Source: Amoebophrya sp. A120
Taxonomy: Eukaryota; Protista; Dinoflagellata
Length of the DNA stretch: 64,000 nucleotides
Assembly: GCA_905178155.1 (NCBI GenBank)
Contig: CAJINV010000003.1
Coordinates: forward strand, 9,741,979 to 9,805,978
Direction: 5' to 3'
Positions 49,901-61,757 of this stretch are shown in pieces (position 1 is the first letter of the stretch; each line of letters starts with the position of its first letter). The position numbers and the translations under genes are program-made. The notes beneath the pieces are model-generated. The model worked only from the letters and a program-made list of their open reading frames with translations. It was not told where the DNA came from and searched no databases.

Positions 49901-52900
49901 AGTCGAACCGTTCTTGCCTTTTCGAACCCAGGAGGTGAACAGAATTGCTTTCGCGACCGCTGAAGTGAAGGCCATCTGCTTCCGCTCCCACGAGGTGGAA
50001 GCAATTTGCTTTCACTGCCAAGGCGGAGGCGCAGACAACTTTTGTTCTCAGAAATGTGTAAGCTTGAGAGGGTCTCACGAGCAACCCCTTCCGGGACCCT
50101 TTCGCGACGCCCTTTCGTGGAACCTTTTATAGCTCGGGACTGAGGTACTTTCCGCGAATCTTTCCCGACCCCCTCTGCAAACATCCTCGACGGAGACCCT
50201 ATCCGGAAGGTCTCAGCTAGAAACTGAGCCCCTAGAAGAGGACGCAGCTTCTTCTAGGAGCGGGGTTCGTGGTTTCGATCGCAGAACGTTCGCCCCTAGC
50301 AGAGCAAAGAACTCAACCGGCCCGAAAGCAAAACCGATGGGCGTTCCTAAAGAAGCCTCGGCAAGCGAGAGCTACTGCCCCAGGCTTCGCTGGGAACATC
50401 GCGGAAGCGTGAGGCGCTCCAGGGAGCTCGTTCTGTGCATGAGTTCAGGAACACCGTTCTGGAAGGCCAGGAAGAAAAAGCTGCTGCGGGAGTATTCTTA
50501 CCTTGAAGCACAGACCAACTCGTTTGCCTATAGCTTCGACTTTCTGGCTTTACAGGAGTGCGCTCCTAGGATTTGCCTACTACGTCTCCAATCGCCACAC
50601 TTCAACACGTGGAGGATTTTAGTTGTGTCTAACTGAGGTGATTGGAAACGCAGTCAGCAATTGCCAGGAGCACATTTCTGAAAATCCTGGGAGCGCATTT
50701 CTATAAGGCCTCCACGTGTGATTATGTTGCGCGAGATCTTCAGACCTACTCCTAGTGCCGGCCAGAGCACAAACCTTACGTGGGGGCCTTGCAGAAATGT
50801 GTTCCCAGGATTTGCGACAAACCTTGGGAACACATTTCCAAGCGGCTAGAGTGTGAAAGCTGTCGAGCGACCTTTTTTATTGAAAACGCATCGCTTTCAG
50901 TACCCTGGCACTGAAAAAAAGTCTATCCCTTGCTAAGACTAAAGTCGTGACGGCCATACAATTATTCCGCAACTTGCTTCCCTCCTTTCAGCGTTCCCCG
51001 CGTGCTGTTCCGGCAATGAGCGCCAACCCGAGCCAGGTCCGGCGGACAGCTGCGAACCATCGGCACCCAATACCCAGCGGGCGCTTAGCTAGGACGCTAG
51101 CATCTAAGTGAGCATACACCTCCCCGGGCACAACTCTACTGCCAATCCCCCACATGCAAAGGGCAGCGAGCAGGGGCAGCTCACTATGCCAGATGAGATT
51201 CTGTTTCTGCTTACGGACTAGCAAAGTTCAGAAATCAAAGGAGAAAAAGAACCCACCCCCAAGTGTGGACTCGCATGGTGAACGTTAAAAAATAAAAAAC
51301 GCGTAAATCTACATTGCGCCTCGCCGGGTTAGCATTAAGAATAGCACCAAAAAACAAGTAGAGCGCATTCACTTAAGGAAAGGTTAGTGCTGCAGATATG
51401 TTGAAAGGAGCGAGAAAAATACCGCTGGATCAGCCTAGCGCTAACGAAGGCCGGGTGTGCAGGCATGAGAGGACGAGCGCAAAAACTACAGACGGCGGAC
51501 ACTACGACAAGAACCTAGGAAAACAAACAGCGCTAACAGGCCCACCTAGCCGTCAGGGGGTGCCTGAACAGCCTGACTCATAGTGTTATCGCAGCTGCCG
51601 CAATATCTTCAGCTGTCGCAACTATGTGTGGTAATCATGGCCTTAGGAGCGCCACACACATACCCAGGAGCGGGGTTGTCCGGTGGAGACGTCCTGGAGC
51701 CTTGTTTGCCCGGCTTTGCTCCCGGGGGAAAACTAAAAGTAAAAAGTAAAAACTAAAAGCAAAAAGTAAAAGTAAAAACTAAAAGTAAAAATAAACGAAA
51801 AGTAAAAGCTAAAAACTAATGCTAAGCTGCGGGTAAAAACTAAAAGCAAAGGCAAAAACTAAAAGTGAAGGCTAAAGTCAAAAAGTGGAAGTTGAAAGCA
51901 GAAGCAAGGAAAGGCAAAGCTTGAAGATGAGGGCCAACAGCAGAACTTGCAAACCTTTTGAATTCGACAAGCAACAAAAATACGAGGCAAGGTCGTCAAA
52001 GCTGGCTGAAAAAAGCGCGCGCGGCGCTGGAAGGAAGAACGACGCCCCAGGCTTTCAAAGTCTTGAAGAGCTGGCGGGAAACAAACAAGCCTAAGCAAAA
52101 CGATCTGGGCACTCAGTGCCTGCATCGGGTGCAAAAGCCAGGGACTCTGCTCGCGTGTGGAGACCTACCCACAATTTGGCACGAAGAATGACAGCCGCGG
52201 TATGCAGAAAAGTGGCGCAAAAACCACTCCAGCCACAACAACTGCTCACAGCTGTTAGCACAGCCGCGCATATGCCTTACAACCGCAAAAACTGCTTGCG
52301 ACCGCAATCAAAATCTGCTTACAACCGCAACCGCAAACGGGGCGGAGCTGCTTCTGGCCCTGGCTTTTCGTTTTTTTATTTTTGAGCTCCTGTTCTGGCT
52401 CTTTTTTTTGTTTTTCGGTCTAGCGGAATAATTTGATTTTGTTTCACACTTCCACAGGCGAAGCATTCGTGGCTAGTTGCTTACAGAAGTATACTGGCAC
52501 TGCAAACAAATTGCTTCCATTGCCACGCACGGCATTAAAAGTACTTAATTCACTTTCAATACCTCCAGGGCATTTGAAAGCAATGAATTTGCTTTCAATG
52601 CGCAAGAGTGTGAGGCCCACTCCTGGCAGCCCGGAAGGAAAAGCGTGGCAGCCTTGCCGAAGAAAGCTGCCTGTTCTCCCTCGAGCTCGTGCGCTGGCTG
52701 CTTCCCAGCCTGATTCTTCATGGCCTTGGGCCATTCCAAGGGACTCCGCAGAGATGCTACCTACACCGCCCCGCAGTTTGTTTCCGTTTTTTTCATAACA
52801 TGAGTGTTCGGGAACGAGGTTGGGAACTAATTTCCGAAAGCCTTCGAGAGAAGTGGCGCCGGGGCGCGCGGAGGTTGGGAGCAGCGTCGCCCCGGAGGCG

Positions 52901-54100
52901 CTGCGACGGCCGGCCGCTGCTGGCTGGGCGGCCCCTTCGTGTGCGTCAGTGCTGGCAGCGCACTCAAGCAAAGCGCGCGCTCTGAAATTGGGCACCACCT
53001 TGAAAACATCCATGCCGTCGCCTAAATCAGTCCGCTTGTGGTGGGGAAAGTCGCGCAATGCAATGAATAAATACAACCGCTACCATAAAACACAAGATAG
53101 CAAGGCAATGCATGGGTCAATGCAATGGAATACAATGTGGAGCAAGCTTCGGCACTGTATGTGCAGGAATAGAATACAATACAACACAATACAATACAAC
53201 ACAGCTCAGCGCCAAAGAGTTCACGAATGCGCTCGAAAATTGTCGCTCGAGCCTCACGCAGAGGCGCGGAGAAGGTGTTCGGATGAGATCACTGCGAGAA
53301 CTCTTTTCTTCTTGTGAACAGCTGCTGAGTTGGACGATTCCCGTAAAGAGCCAAAATTCTCACGGGTGAAAGATGCAAGTCTGGTCATTGCTACTTTTTC
53401 TTGTCAAAGAAATTGCATGCACGTGGGCGACGTAACGCCTTGCGCTTACTCGTGTATACATGTACTCACATGAGGGCCAGCTACTATTGCCACACACCAA
53501 CACAAGCAGTGCGAAAACCCCAGTATCGAGTGGGGTTTTGTGTGAGTGAGACTGGCCTTGTTTACTCGTCACCATGACTTGTTACACTCAGTTATAAATA
53601 TGTAACCGCTACAGAGAAAAACTATGACGGCGGCGGAGGCCAATCTAACTCGTGACGAGACTTCTATTACTATAAGAATTACAACTACAACTTTTTTTTT
53701 CATTCCGCCTAACTTATATTTCGCAGCTACATCATTGTTATTCCTCAGCGCTTGACCTTCCTTTTTTTAGTTTAGTTTTTGTGTAGCGTTTGTTCCTTTC
53801 CGCGGTGTACCTTCTACAGGCACTGCGAGCGTGAACGTATGTGGCTTGGCTCGATGGAGCTTTGTAATTGCAACTTCAAAACGCGTAATCAGGTCCCGTT
53901 AAAGGAATTCTTGCAGGAGATCTTCGAAGAGTCACGCTTTTGACGAATTCTCGCAACTAACTTCAACTTCTATTTACTATTTGTGTGACTGATATAGCAA
54001 CATAGTACTGTTTTTTGTTTCTGATTCTGGCTTACCATCCGCGTTATAAATTCATCATTTCGGAATCTTCTTCTTCATTTAGCAAAACCGAAAGCATAGA
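46986..54100 (-). CDS. Poorly resolved multi-exon hypothetical gene with weak RluA/pseudouridine-synthase-like segments
   Basis: Protein-like blocks at about 54050-54098 (MLSVLLNEEEDSEMMN), 53200-53290, 52562-53076 (…GLTLLRIESKFIAFKCPGG), 50988-51224 (…WLGLALIAGTARGE) and 46986-47210. No intact HRLD catalytic motif; junctions uncertain. Confidence 0.35.
47214..48946. mobile_element. 1.7-kb element with about 60-bp imperfect terminal inverted repeats, probably intronic
   Basis: TATGTAAACTTTAGAGACTGTGCAAAAACTGGACCCCCTTTCGAC vs reverse complement TTGGAAACTTAAGAGGCTGCGCAACAATTGGACCCCCTTTCGAC; flanking 5-mers GAAAG and ATGAG. Confidence 0.8.
48021..48042 (+). other. Dinoflagellate spliced-leader (DinoSL) relic
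   Basis: AGCCATTTTGGCTCAAG is identical to the 3' 17 nt of DinoSL (DCCGTAGCCATTTTGGCTCAAG). Confidence 0.8.
49231..50840. repeat. Foldback/MITE-like region with reiterated palindromic modules
   Basis: Hairpin at 49318-49420 with 42-nt arms (5 mismatches) and a 19-nt loop; related modules at 49231-49280 and 50679-50840. Confidence 0.75.
50878..52561 (-). mobile_element. Third member of the CTAGCGGAATA family
   Basis: TATTGAAA inverted termini; both subterminal blocks and the internal AAAAGCT/AAAAGT-rich repeat (51730-51900) are shared with 36640-37430. Confidence 0.55.
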
Positions 54101-54306
54101 TAAGTAAGTGTAGGAAAGTATTGCTTCGCGTCGCGTCAGCGCCAGACAATGATTTCTCTTTGATAGCGATAACCTAAAACTCGGCAGAGAAATCGATGAC
54201 ATTTTCAAACGACTGAAAAGTGCGTACCCGTACCCCAGAGAACTGTATCTCAGAACTTCATGCCTCCTGGTTCATCCATGGCTGCTCTCTCCTCACTTAC
54301 AGGGCC

Positions 54307-57300
54307 TCATGACCCCGGCACCGGCTTCGCTTGCACGCCCTGCAGCAGTGTAGCCGGCTCATCTGCTGTACACTCGGATTTTGCATCCAGCATGCCTTCT
54401 GTAGCTGAATCCGTACCTGATTGAAAAATGCGAACCTTCTGCACAAAGACTTTTGGAAAGCAAGGGGGCTGTTGCGAGGAACGACTAACAGCTTGACTTG
54501 GTGCAAGTGATTATGACCTGCAGCATAGTGTGAGTGTCTGCAATATATAGATAACACACACAGGCAAAATTCCGATGACGAGTGACTGTGATGCCCGAAA
54601 ATGTGAACACTTTGCATACACATACCAGTAAGTAGTACAGTGAGGACTTACCTTTGAGGCCAAGAGGAAGCGGCTCGACACACGCGCTCGCCTCGCTAAC
54701 AGCGTACTTCTGCAATGTCTCAGCACCATGCCCATGGTTCGCTGGGATAGGAACAGCAGACTCTAGGGCATCGCCCACCGCTGCTTGGCCACCACGCTGA
54801 CTTTTCTTGCGCACGAGATAGCACATCAGGCTGATAACGAGGGCGCCGCAGTATCCCGCGCAAATGCGTTCGGGTCAGGAGCGGATTGAAATGCATTGCG
54901 CGCATGCTTTTACTAACTCCCTAGACTATTACGCCGATGACCAGCACGCCGACGGTCGGGCGCGTAGCAAACATGACGATGACCGCAGAGGATCGGGCGC
55001 GTAGTAAACATAACAAGCGAAGAATAAAACAGCTCGGGCTTTGGACACGAGCAACCTCTTGCCTGGCTCCCGGGCTCTGGGGGCCGGGGGGAGCGGCAGC
55101 TTGAGGCTGGACACCAGCCTGGCGGACACCGGGTTGGGCTCGCGCTGCGCTTCTCCGGCAGCTGCCCCGCCCACAAAGTGCGAGGGATGGGGCTTCGCAG
55201 AACTAGCCGCACGAAGCGCAGAAACGTCCTTCGTCCCTGGGCCCAACAGTCCGGCCGCAGACTGGCAGCCGACGGAGGGGCACCAACCGGGTAGCCTGTT
55301 CGAATGCGCGACCGCCAGAGCGCCCTTTCTAAGTCGAAGAAGGACGAAAGGGCGGCGCGGCCGCGCGTATCAACTCCGAGCGCCCCGCACCGGGAATGCG
55401 CTGGGCGGGCAACGTTCGCGCGGAAAAGGCCCCGGCCGGCGCATGCAAGTAGGCCGGCACCGGGCGTGCCCCAATCAGTACGGAAAAACACGCAGAAAAT
55501 GGGGGCTCGTGGTCCACGTCCCCTTTTCAAAAAAAAGAAAAAGGGCGCACTGGGCCCAACCCGGCGGGAAGAGGGCCCCCCCCCCGGCGTAGAAGCGGCC
55601 CGAGCCCGGCCGGCGGGGAGAGGAAAGGCGTCCGGAGCTTGGTTGTGCATTGCCCACTCGGAAAGGATCGGAGGCTTTGGAGGCGGCCGGGGGCCCGGCC
55701 GCGGCAGAGAGAGGGCCGGGGGCCACGCGGGGCGGGCCGGAATCTTCAAACGGAGGCCTTTCGGGCCGCAATCAAACGGAGGCAGGGGAGCAAGGCGCCC
55801 CCGCCTCGGAGGGCGCAGCCCGCCCTATATTTCACGACACGGACCAAAGCGCGCCGGAGCCGAGCGGGGTAGGTAAATGCAGTAGGTAAGGACCAAGACG
55901 ACTACGGGCCGCCTCTGTCCGCGGGGGTAGTGCGGCTGCCGCGGTTTTTTTGCCTGCGCGGCCCAATTTTGCGGCACTGCTTTCGCGCGTACATTCCCGG
56001 TAGCAAAAGCGCCACGCCTTTTGTCTCGGGCACTCTCCCGTCGCGCATGACGTATGTCCGCAGGCATGCAGCCGGGGACCGTAGATATCACGACCACAAG
56101 TCGCCATCTTCCTGCCCTTAAAACCAGAAAACCTCCCCCGTATGCTATGGCCCCGCCACGGTCGACCCCTCGGGCGCCCCAAATCGTGCCCGCAGCATGC
56201 GGATCAGCGAGCTGCCTTTCGCGCACGTTGCGTCTTTTCTATTTTTTCACTTTCAATCAAAGCGAAGCAGTTGGCAAGCTGCTCGCCGCATTGGAAGTGG
56301 CCCACTTAGGCCGCCGCTTTTGCGACCTTCAAAATTCGAAAAAAATGGCGTCTAAAGCATGCGGGCCCGCGGGCGTTTTTCTTCTTGGCATTCTTTGGCG
56401 CCTCTTTTGGGGCGCCCCAAATCGGCGGAAACCAGCGCCCCGGGCACTTCCGACGAGCGCCCCTTTTGCCGGCGCCCACCCCCCCCGCGTCCGTCGCCCC
56501 ATCACTCGGCAAGCGATCGAATAGCCTCGGGCCCTTTTGATTGACCCCAGTGCCCCGGCCGATTGAAGGCTGCCGCGTTTCTATGTGGGCCCAAAAGCCT
56601 TCCGGCCGATTGAAGTCGCCGGGCGTTTTGTTGTCTGGCTGGCACAAACCTTCCGCTTCCCCGGCCGGAGCCGCTCGGTGGCCTCACTACGTACCACCCT
56701 GGGCGCCCGGCCGGGCGGGCGCCTCAGCCGTTCCGCGCGTTTCGCTTCCCCCCGGCTGGCCGTCGCGGCGGGCGGCCCCCCGGAGAGACTGCCTACCAGG
56801 AGGGCCAGCCAGGCTGGGCAAGCCATCGTAGGGGGGGGCAACCAGGCGGCGCCCGCCGCTTTATTTGCCGGGGTGGCGAGGGCCTTGCCCGCGTTGGGCC
56901 GAAGAAGAAAAGCGGAAAATGGCCGCCCACAGAAACCCGGAGGCGCCCTCCCTCACTGGCGGCGGCTCGGGTCGCGACGGCGGGCCGGCGCGTAGGGGGC
57001 CCACGCCGAAGGCGGACCCCAACAAGCGCGGCTAGCCAGCGGCGATGTGGCTAGGCAGCGAAGCACCACAAGGCCGCTTGCCGCGCCTGCTAGCTTTTTT
57101 TTCCCGCGGCGAAACGCGACCGGCGGGCCGCGGCTGTGGGTGCTCGAGGTTTATTCCAATGCCCCGACCGCAGCCGCGGGTGCCTGCGCTAGAAACAGGA
57201 AGCGACCCAAGGTAGGCGGGGCGAGCGCACAAGGGCAACCACGGCAAGCAGCGCCCGCTCTAGGTAGACTCCAACTACCTCGGCCAACGAAGTCGGGGGC

Positions 57301-60300
57301 CGACGGAGAGGAAGCACAGAGGCAAATGGGCCGCCGGCCCGACGAAAACACAGGCGCGGGGCGTCATTTCCGCATTGCCCGGCCGGTGCTTGGTTTTTGC
57401 GGCGGACGCCCTGCGCGTGTAAGGGCCACACGGGAGCAGCTCGGGACATACGGAAGAGCCGGGCAAAGGGCGAGACAGTCTGCGGCAACCCAAGGAAACA
57501 ACCCCGGCCCAGCGCGCGCCCCCCTCCTGCCAGTATTGGCTTGAACAAATTTCCGCGGGCCTGTGCGCTTCACTTAGTTCAATACCACGGCCGCTGTGTT
57601 TTGCAGCGAAGCTGCGCGCACTACTTTAGTATTTGAGTGCGGTTCCGCACCGATATGGGTCGCGCCCCAGGAAGCCTGACGCAACTTTTCGCACGCTTTC
57701 GGCGCGCACTTAGATTGCGCCCCGTGGCGCCCTGGCGTGAAGCTCTCGGGACGGCCTGGTCGTGAAGCTGAAGACCATCCAAGAAACGAGCTGAGAATGC
57801 TCGCCGACCACATCGGCTTGCAGCCGCGTTCCCGGGCCGCAAGGGAGGGCGGCCGCATAAAAAAAAGGGCTCGGGAACGCGTGCGCGGGCCCGCGGCTTT
57901 ATCTGGAGGAAACGCGCAGCCACAAAAGCTGCCCCAGCCCACGATGGATCTCAGGCCCGCTCTGCCTTCCAGAGCGGCGGCACCAGAACTGCCCGACGCC
58001 GCGGCCCCCGGGCTACTTTAGGAGCATGCGCCGCGCCCTCCGTGAAAGTGTCCGGGGCTCGAGATCCGCGGAAGCTGCCACGAGCTTGCGCCGCCACCTG
58101 ATTCATAAGTGCTCAAGTTGCGAGCCCCCTAGACCGAGCAGACTATCGAGTCATTGAAAAAAAACAGCACGGGAGGTAGAGAAGGCTGGAAAAGGAAAAC
58201 AACGAAAGGACCAGCGTGCGACCGGCACCAGGAGTAGAGCGATACGAGACGAAAAGAAAACAGAGGGCAAGATGAGAAACAAAGCAACGAAATGGGCGGG
58301 GCCTGCCCATTTCGCTCCTTTGCCTCTCATCAGTCGTCACGCTGTGGTGGCTTCAAGTTCAGTCAGTGCTCTTCGCGATCTCAGACGAACGAGCCCGCCC
58401 AGAAAAACGAGCCCGCCCCCCTCTATGTATACGCAGCCGTCTTCGTATTACACAGAAGAACTACGCGGCTGCGCGGATTTGCATGCAATGCGAGGCGGGT
58501 GCGAGGCATTGCAGCCTGCAACCCAGCGAATGCGCCGCCTAGTCACAAGGCTCGCGAGTGCCTACCGAGCGCAGGAAAAGCCCAAAAGTAGAAGCCGCGG
58601 CATTTGCCAGCCAATTTCCCGCCTCGCAGTTCGCGAAAGGCGACGTTCACGAAAGGCGACGGCAATAAAGGCATTTTGATGCCAGGGGCCCGACTGCTTC
58701 CGAACCTACACGATTTGCGGGCAATGCTTGCAAGCGCGAGGCCGCGGCCGTTTTGCGACTCAAGCCGAGTCGTGTTGCTTATTAATTCGAAACTGAATCT
58801 AAATCCCTGCGAAATGCATATTGGAAAAAAATCACGCAGCCCAGGCATTTATATATTTTGCAATTGATATGCCAAGACCACAAGCGGCCAGCACTACTGC
58901 CAGCACCAGTGTATCATCTCCATCCGCCGAACCCGTACCAGAGCCGCCACTCGCCGGCGCGACGGTCGTGCTCGTAGTCGTAGTCTGCGAGGCCTCCAGG
59001 ACGGCAAATGAGGGCGCCTCAGACGCTTCTGCGACCTTTTGGCTCAGGGCGGTGACGCTCAGACTGTGCACACAGAACTGGTAGCATGTCTAAATAACGC
59101 GAAAGGTTTCTGCGGCTCGTAAGGCATTCGCTAAAGCGATTTCGTTGCAAAGTGGCGCCTTGAGGGGGTGGTCCGTAAGAGGCTGACGAAGTGGCGCCCC
59201 TGAGAAAAACTAGCACATTAAGGGGCCGCTTTAAGTTTTGTGGGTAAAAAGCGGCCAATTTGCGAAAGAAACGTGCCTAAAGGGTCCCGATGCGCCGTCG
59301 GGCGGGCAAAGGCTCACAAGGAGCATCCGAGGGGCTGCTTAGCAGCTTTCGAAGGCGCTCGCCAAGGGCTGCCCAGCAGCATGCCCTGGGCCCCTTCGCG
59401 GCTTCTCTGGGAGCGCGCTAAGAGCCCCGCAGCCGCTTCCTTAGGAGCTCGCTTAGGAGCTTGCTGCGGGCAAAGCGCAAAGGCAAAGCGTCGCAAGAGC
59501 AAAGCCGCGCAAACGCAAAGCGGCGCGAAAGCAAAGCGGCGCAAAAGCAACGCGGCGCGAAAGCAAAGCGGCGCGAAAGCAAAGCGGCGCCAAAGCGAGG
59601 CGGCGCTAAAGGCAAGGCGGCGCAGAAGCAACCAAGAAGCGCAAAGAAAAGCAAGAAGGGCAAAAGCCAGGCGGCGAAAAAGCAAAGCGGCGCCCGCCAA
59701 AGCAAAGCGGCGCAAAACAAAGCGGGTCGGCGCAAAAGCCAAGCGGTTTGCCTTGGTCTTTTCGCGTTGGCGCGTTTCGCTTCGGGCGCGCTTCGCTCTG
59801 GCCTTTCTCGCTTCGGTTGGTTTTTTTCGCTAGGTCCGCGACCCCCGCCCCAACTGGGTGCGCGAGAAGGTATGCACTTCGGCCGTTTTGCTGGTCTAGT
59901 TATGCTTATGCATGACCCCCACCGCCACTTAAAGCCGCTGGCTGGAGTGGAGTGTCTGCGTTTCTGACATTATTATATAAGACACGCTAGCAGCTCTTTT
60001 GTAAAGGATACGGAACCTGAGACACCGACAGCGTCGGCGTCCTATGAGTTGCGAGTGCTGGGGTCTAGAAAAATGGAAGAACTCCACTGCAGGTTTTTTT
60101 TTTTCTAAACTTCTTGCGCATGGATTTCGGCTAGGCTCGGCGGTCCCGATTTGTATTGCTCGCTCTGCGTGCGCTCCTCTAAAGTTATTTACATATTATA
60201 TTTTGTATGGCCACCAAATAGGGACACAATTGTTTGTCACGCACACAGCACGAGAAACAGAAAGCAGCCCAAACATTTGCTATGCTTGCGTGGAGCTGCA

Positions 60301-61757
60301 GTGAGTGACGTTTGAGTCTCTTCATATTAGTCCCTCAATGAATTATGAGGTAGCGCCACAGGTTTCCAGACCCAGAAGCATTTGCAATGCATACGTCCCG
60401 TCGTTCGACAACGACGCTACTTTCATGCCCATGGTCGGTAGCAGTGTAAGAGTCGAGTTAGATTGCGGCCCAACCGAAACGTACATGCTTCCGGCACCAG
60501 CTCCAGTCGACAGCGCACGCTGAGAGGGAGTAACACTCGCCAATTTTCGCACTGCCCGGCGGACGCCTGGATTGTCGACGCTATCACTCTCCGTCGGATT
60601 CAGCCAGACGATACACATTTCCGTTGGCATCGCGGGAATCGGAAAACAGATTTTCGACCCGGCCACCATACCGACGTCCTTGATTAGATTCATACCCTGC
60701 GCGGTCCCAAATGTCGTGGCCGATTCCAAGTCCGAGCGGAAATTCGCCGGATTCAACTGGGAGGGCAAGCCCGTGATAGTGGTAACGTGGAGCATATCCG
60801 GGAGGGTACCAGACAACTGCATCTTCGCACGAGAAATCCAGGTCTCCGCATTGTATTCCCACGTTCCGAGAAGCGTCGTCCGTCTTGGGAGGAAAAGTGC
60901 CCGCACCGACTGTCTCGGGTCGTTTGTGTACGGCACTCCTTTTGCCTTTCCGCGTGGCGGGAGTAGTGATTGGATGCTTGTACTTGTTCACGAATGTAGT
61001 AAACTGGCATAGGAATCCTAACCCATGCGTCTAACTATTCCGCATGGTAGATGTCTGCTTTCCGCTAACACCCATAGATATCGCGACATATTGGATTCGA
61101 CAAAAGTTTCTGGACGTGCCTGTCCCTACTTTCCTTGTATTTATGCTCGACACAAGCAGATTTGTGGCCACGCATGGAGCTTTACGAATAGCCTTCCTGT
61201 GACAACCAGGGGGGCGTGAGATTTTGCGTCAACATAGTCTTGTACTTGAACACTGTAGAGAAGATGGAAGCATCTTCAGTCTGGTCGTCCCGCTGCGTCG
61301 TCGTGAGCTTCCGAAAGTAAATTTTGTTTCGGACGTACTCTGTCATTTGCAGACTCCGCAACCTCGCGGCGCTCTCTTGTGAACTCCCCAGCATGAGGTA
61401 AGAACTCGGCCCGAGGTAGAAGCACTTCACAAACTGCGACAGGGTCTCCGGATTCCCAACGTCGATCATGGAGCCGATCGACGGGGTCGTAGCTCCTGAT
61501 GCCATGCACGGGTGCTGGGTCGGGGCGTTGAGCTGCCTCTGGGACCAGCCTATTGCGGATTGGGGAAGACGCCGCACGCATCGAGGCTGGCGGCACGGAG
61601 GGCAGATCGCGTTTGGATCACCTGCTGGAACGGTGTATGTATTTGCCGCGCACCCGCCGTCTGTGCTTCCATCAGCGGCCAATACGGTGTCGTTCAGCAG
61701 GTAGGACTGGATCCCTTGTTTGATTAATAGAATTAGAATAGCAATAGTCGTACACAT
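54307..61757 (-). CDS. Multi-exon type I membrane / surface protein
   Basis: Exons about 61236-61757 (signal-like MCTTIAILILLI, Cys-containing region), about 60396-60985, about 58870-59061 (T/S-rich stalk and TM VLAVVLAACGLGI), 54652-54835 (SLMCYLVRKK, basic stop-transfer) and 54307-54416. The GT-AG intron 54417-54651 is in frame. Confidence 0.65.
59065..60393 (-). mobile_element. Introner-like non-canonical intron in the membrane-protein gene
   Basis: TATGCA...TGCACA termini, 5-mers GGACG and GTCTG, in-frame join NDG(M/L)SVTALS; internal GCAAAGCGGC-type minisatellite at 59470-59745. Confidence 0.55.

Noticed and set aside
59037-59047. TTTTGGCTCAG, similar to the spliced leader
   Set aside because: It is short, imperfect and antisense within a coding exon, so likely chance.
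59240-59967. K/A/R-rich ORFs resembling histone H1 or DVNP
   Set aside because: They are translations of a GCAAAGCGGC minisatellite inside an intron, open in several frames.
60584-60991. Alternative frame joined through the 10-bp repeat CAAGTACAAG (also near 61236)
   Set aside because: It stops at 60584 and cannot reach the downstream TM exons; the exact junction remains unresolved.
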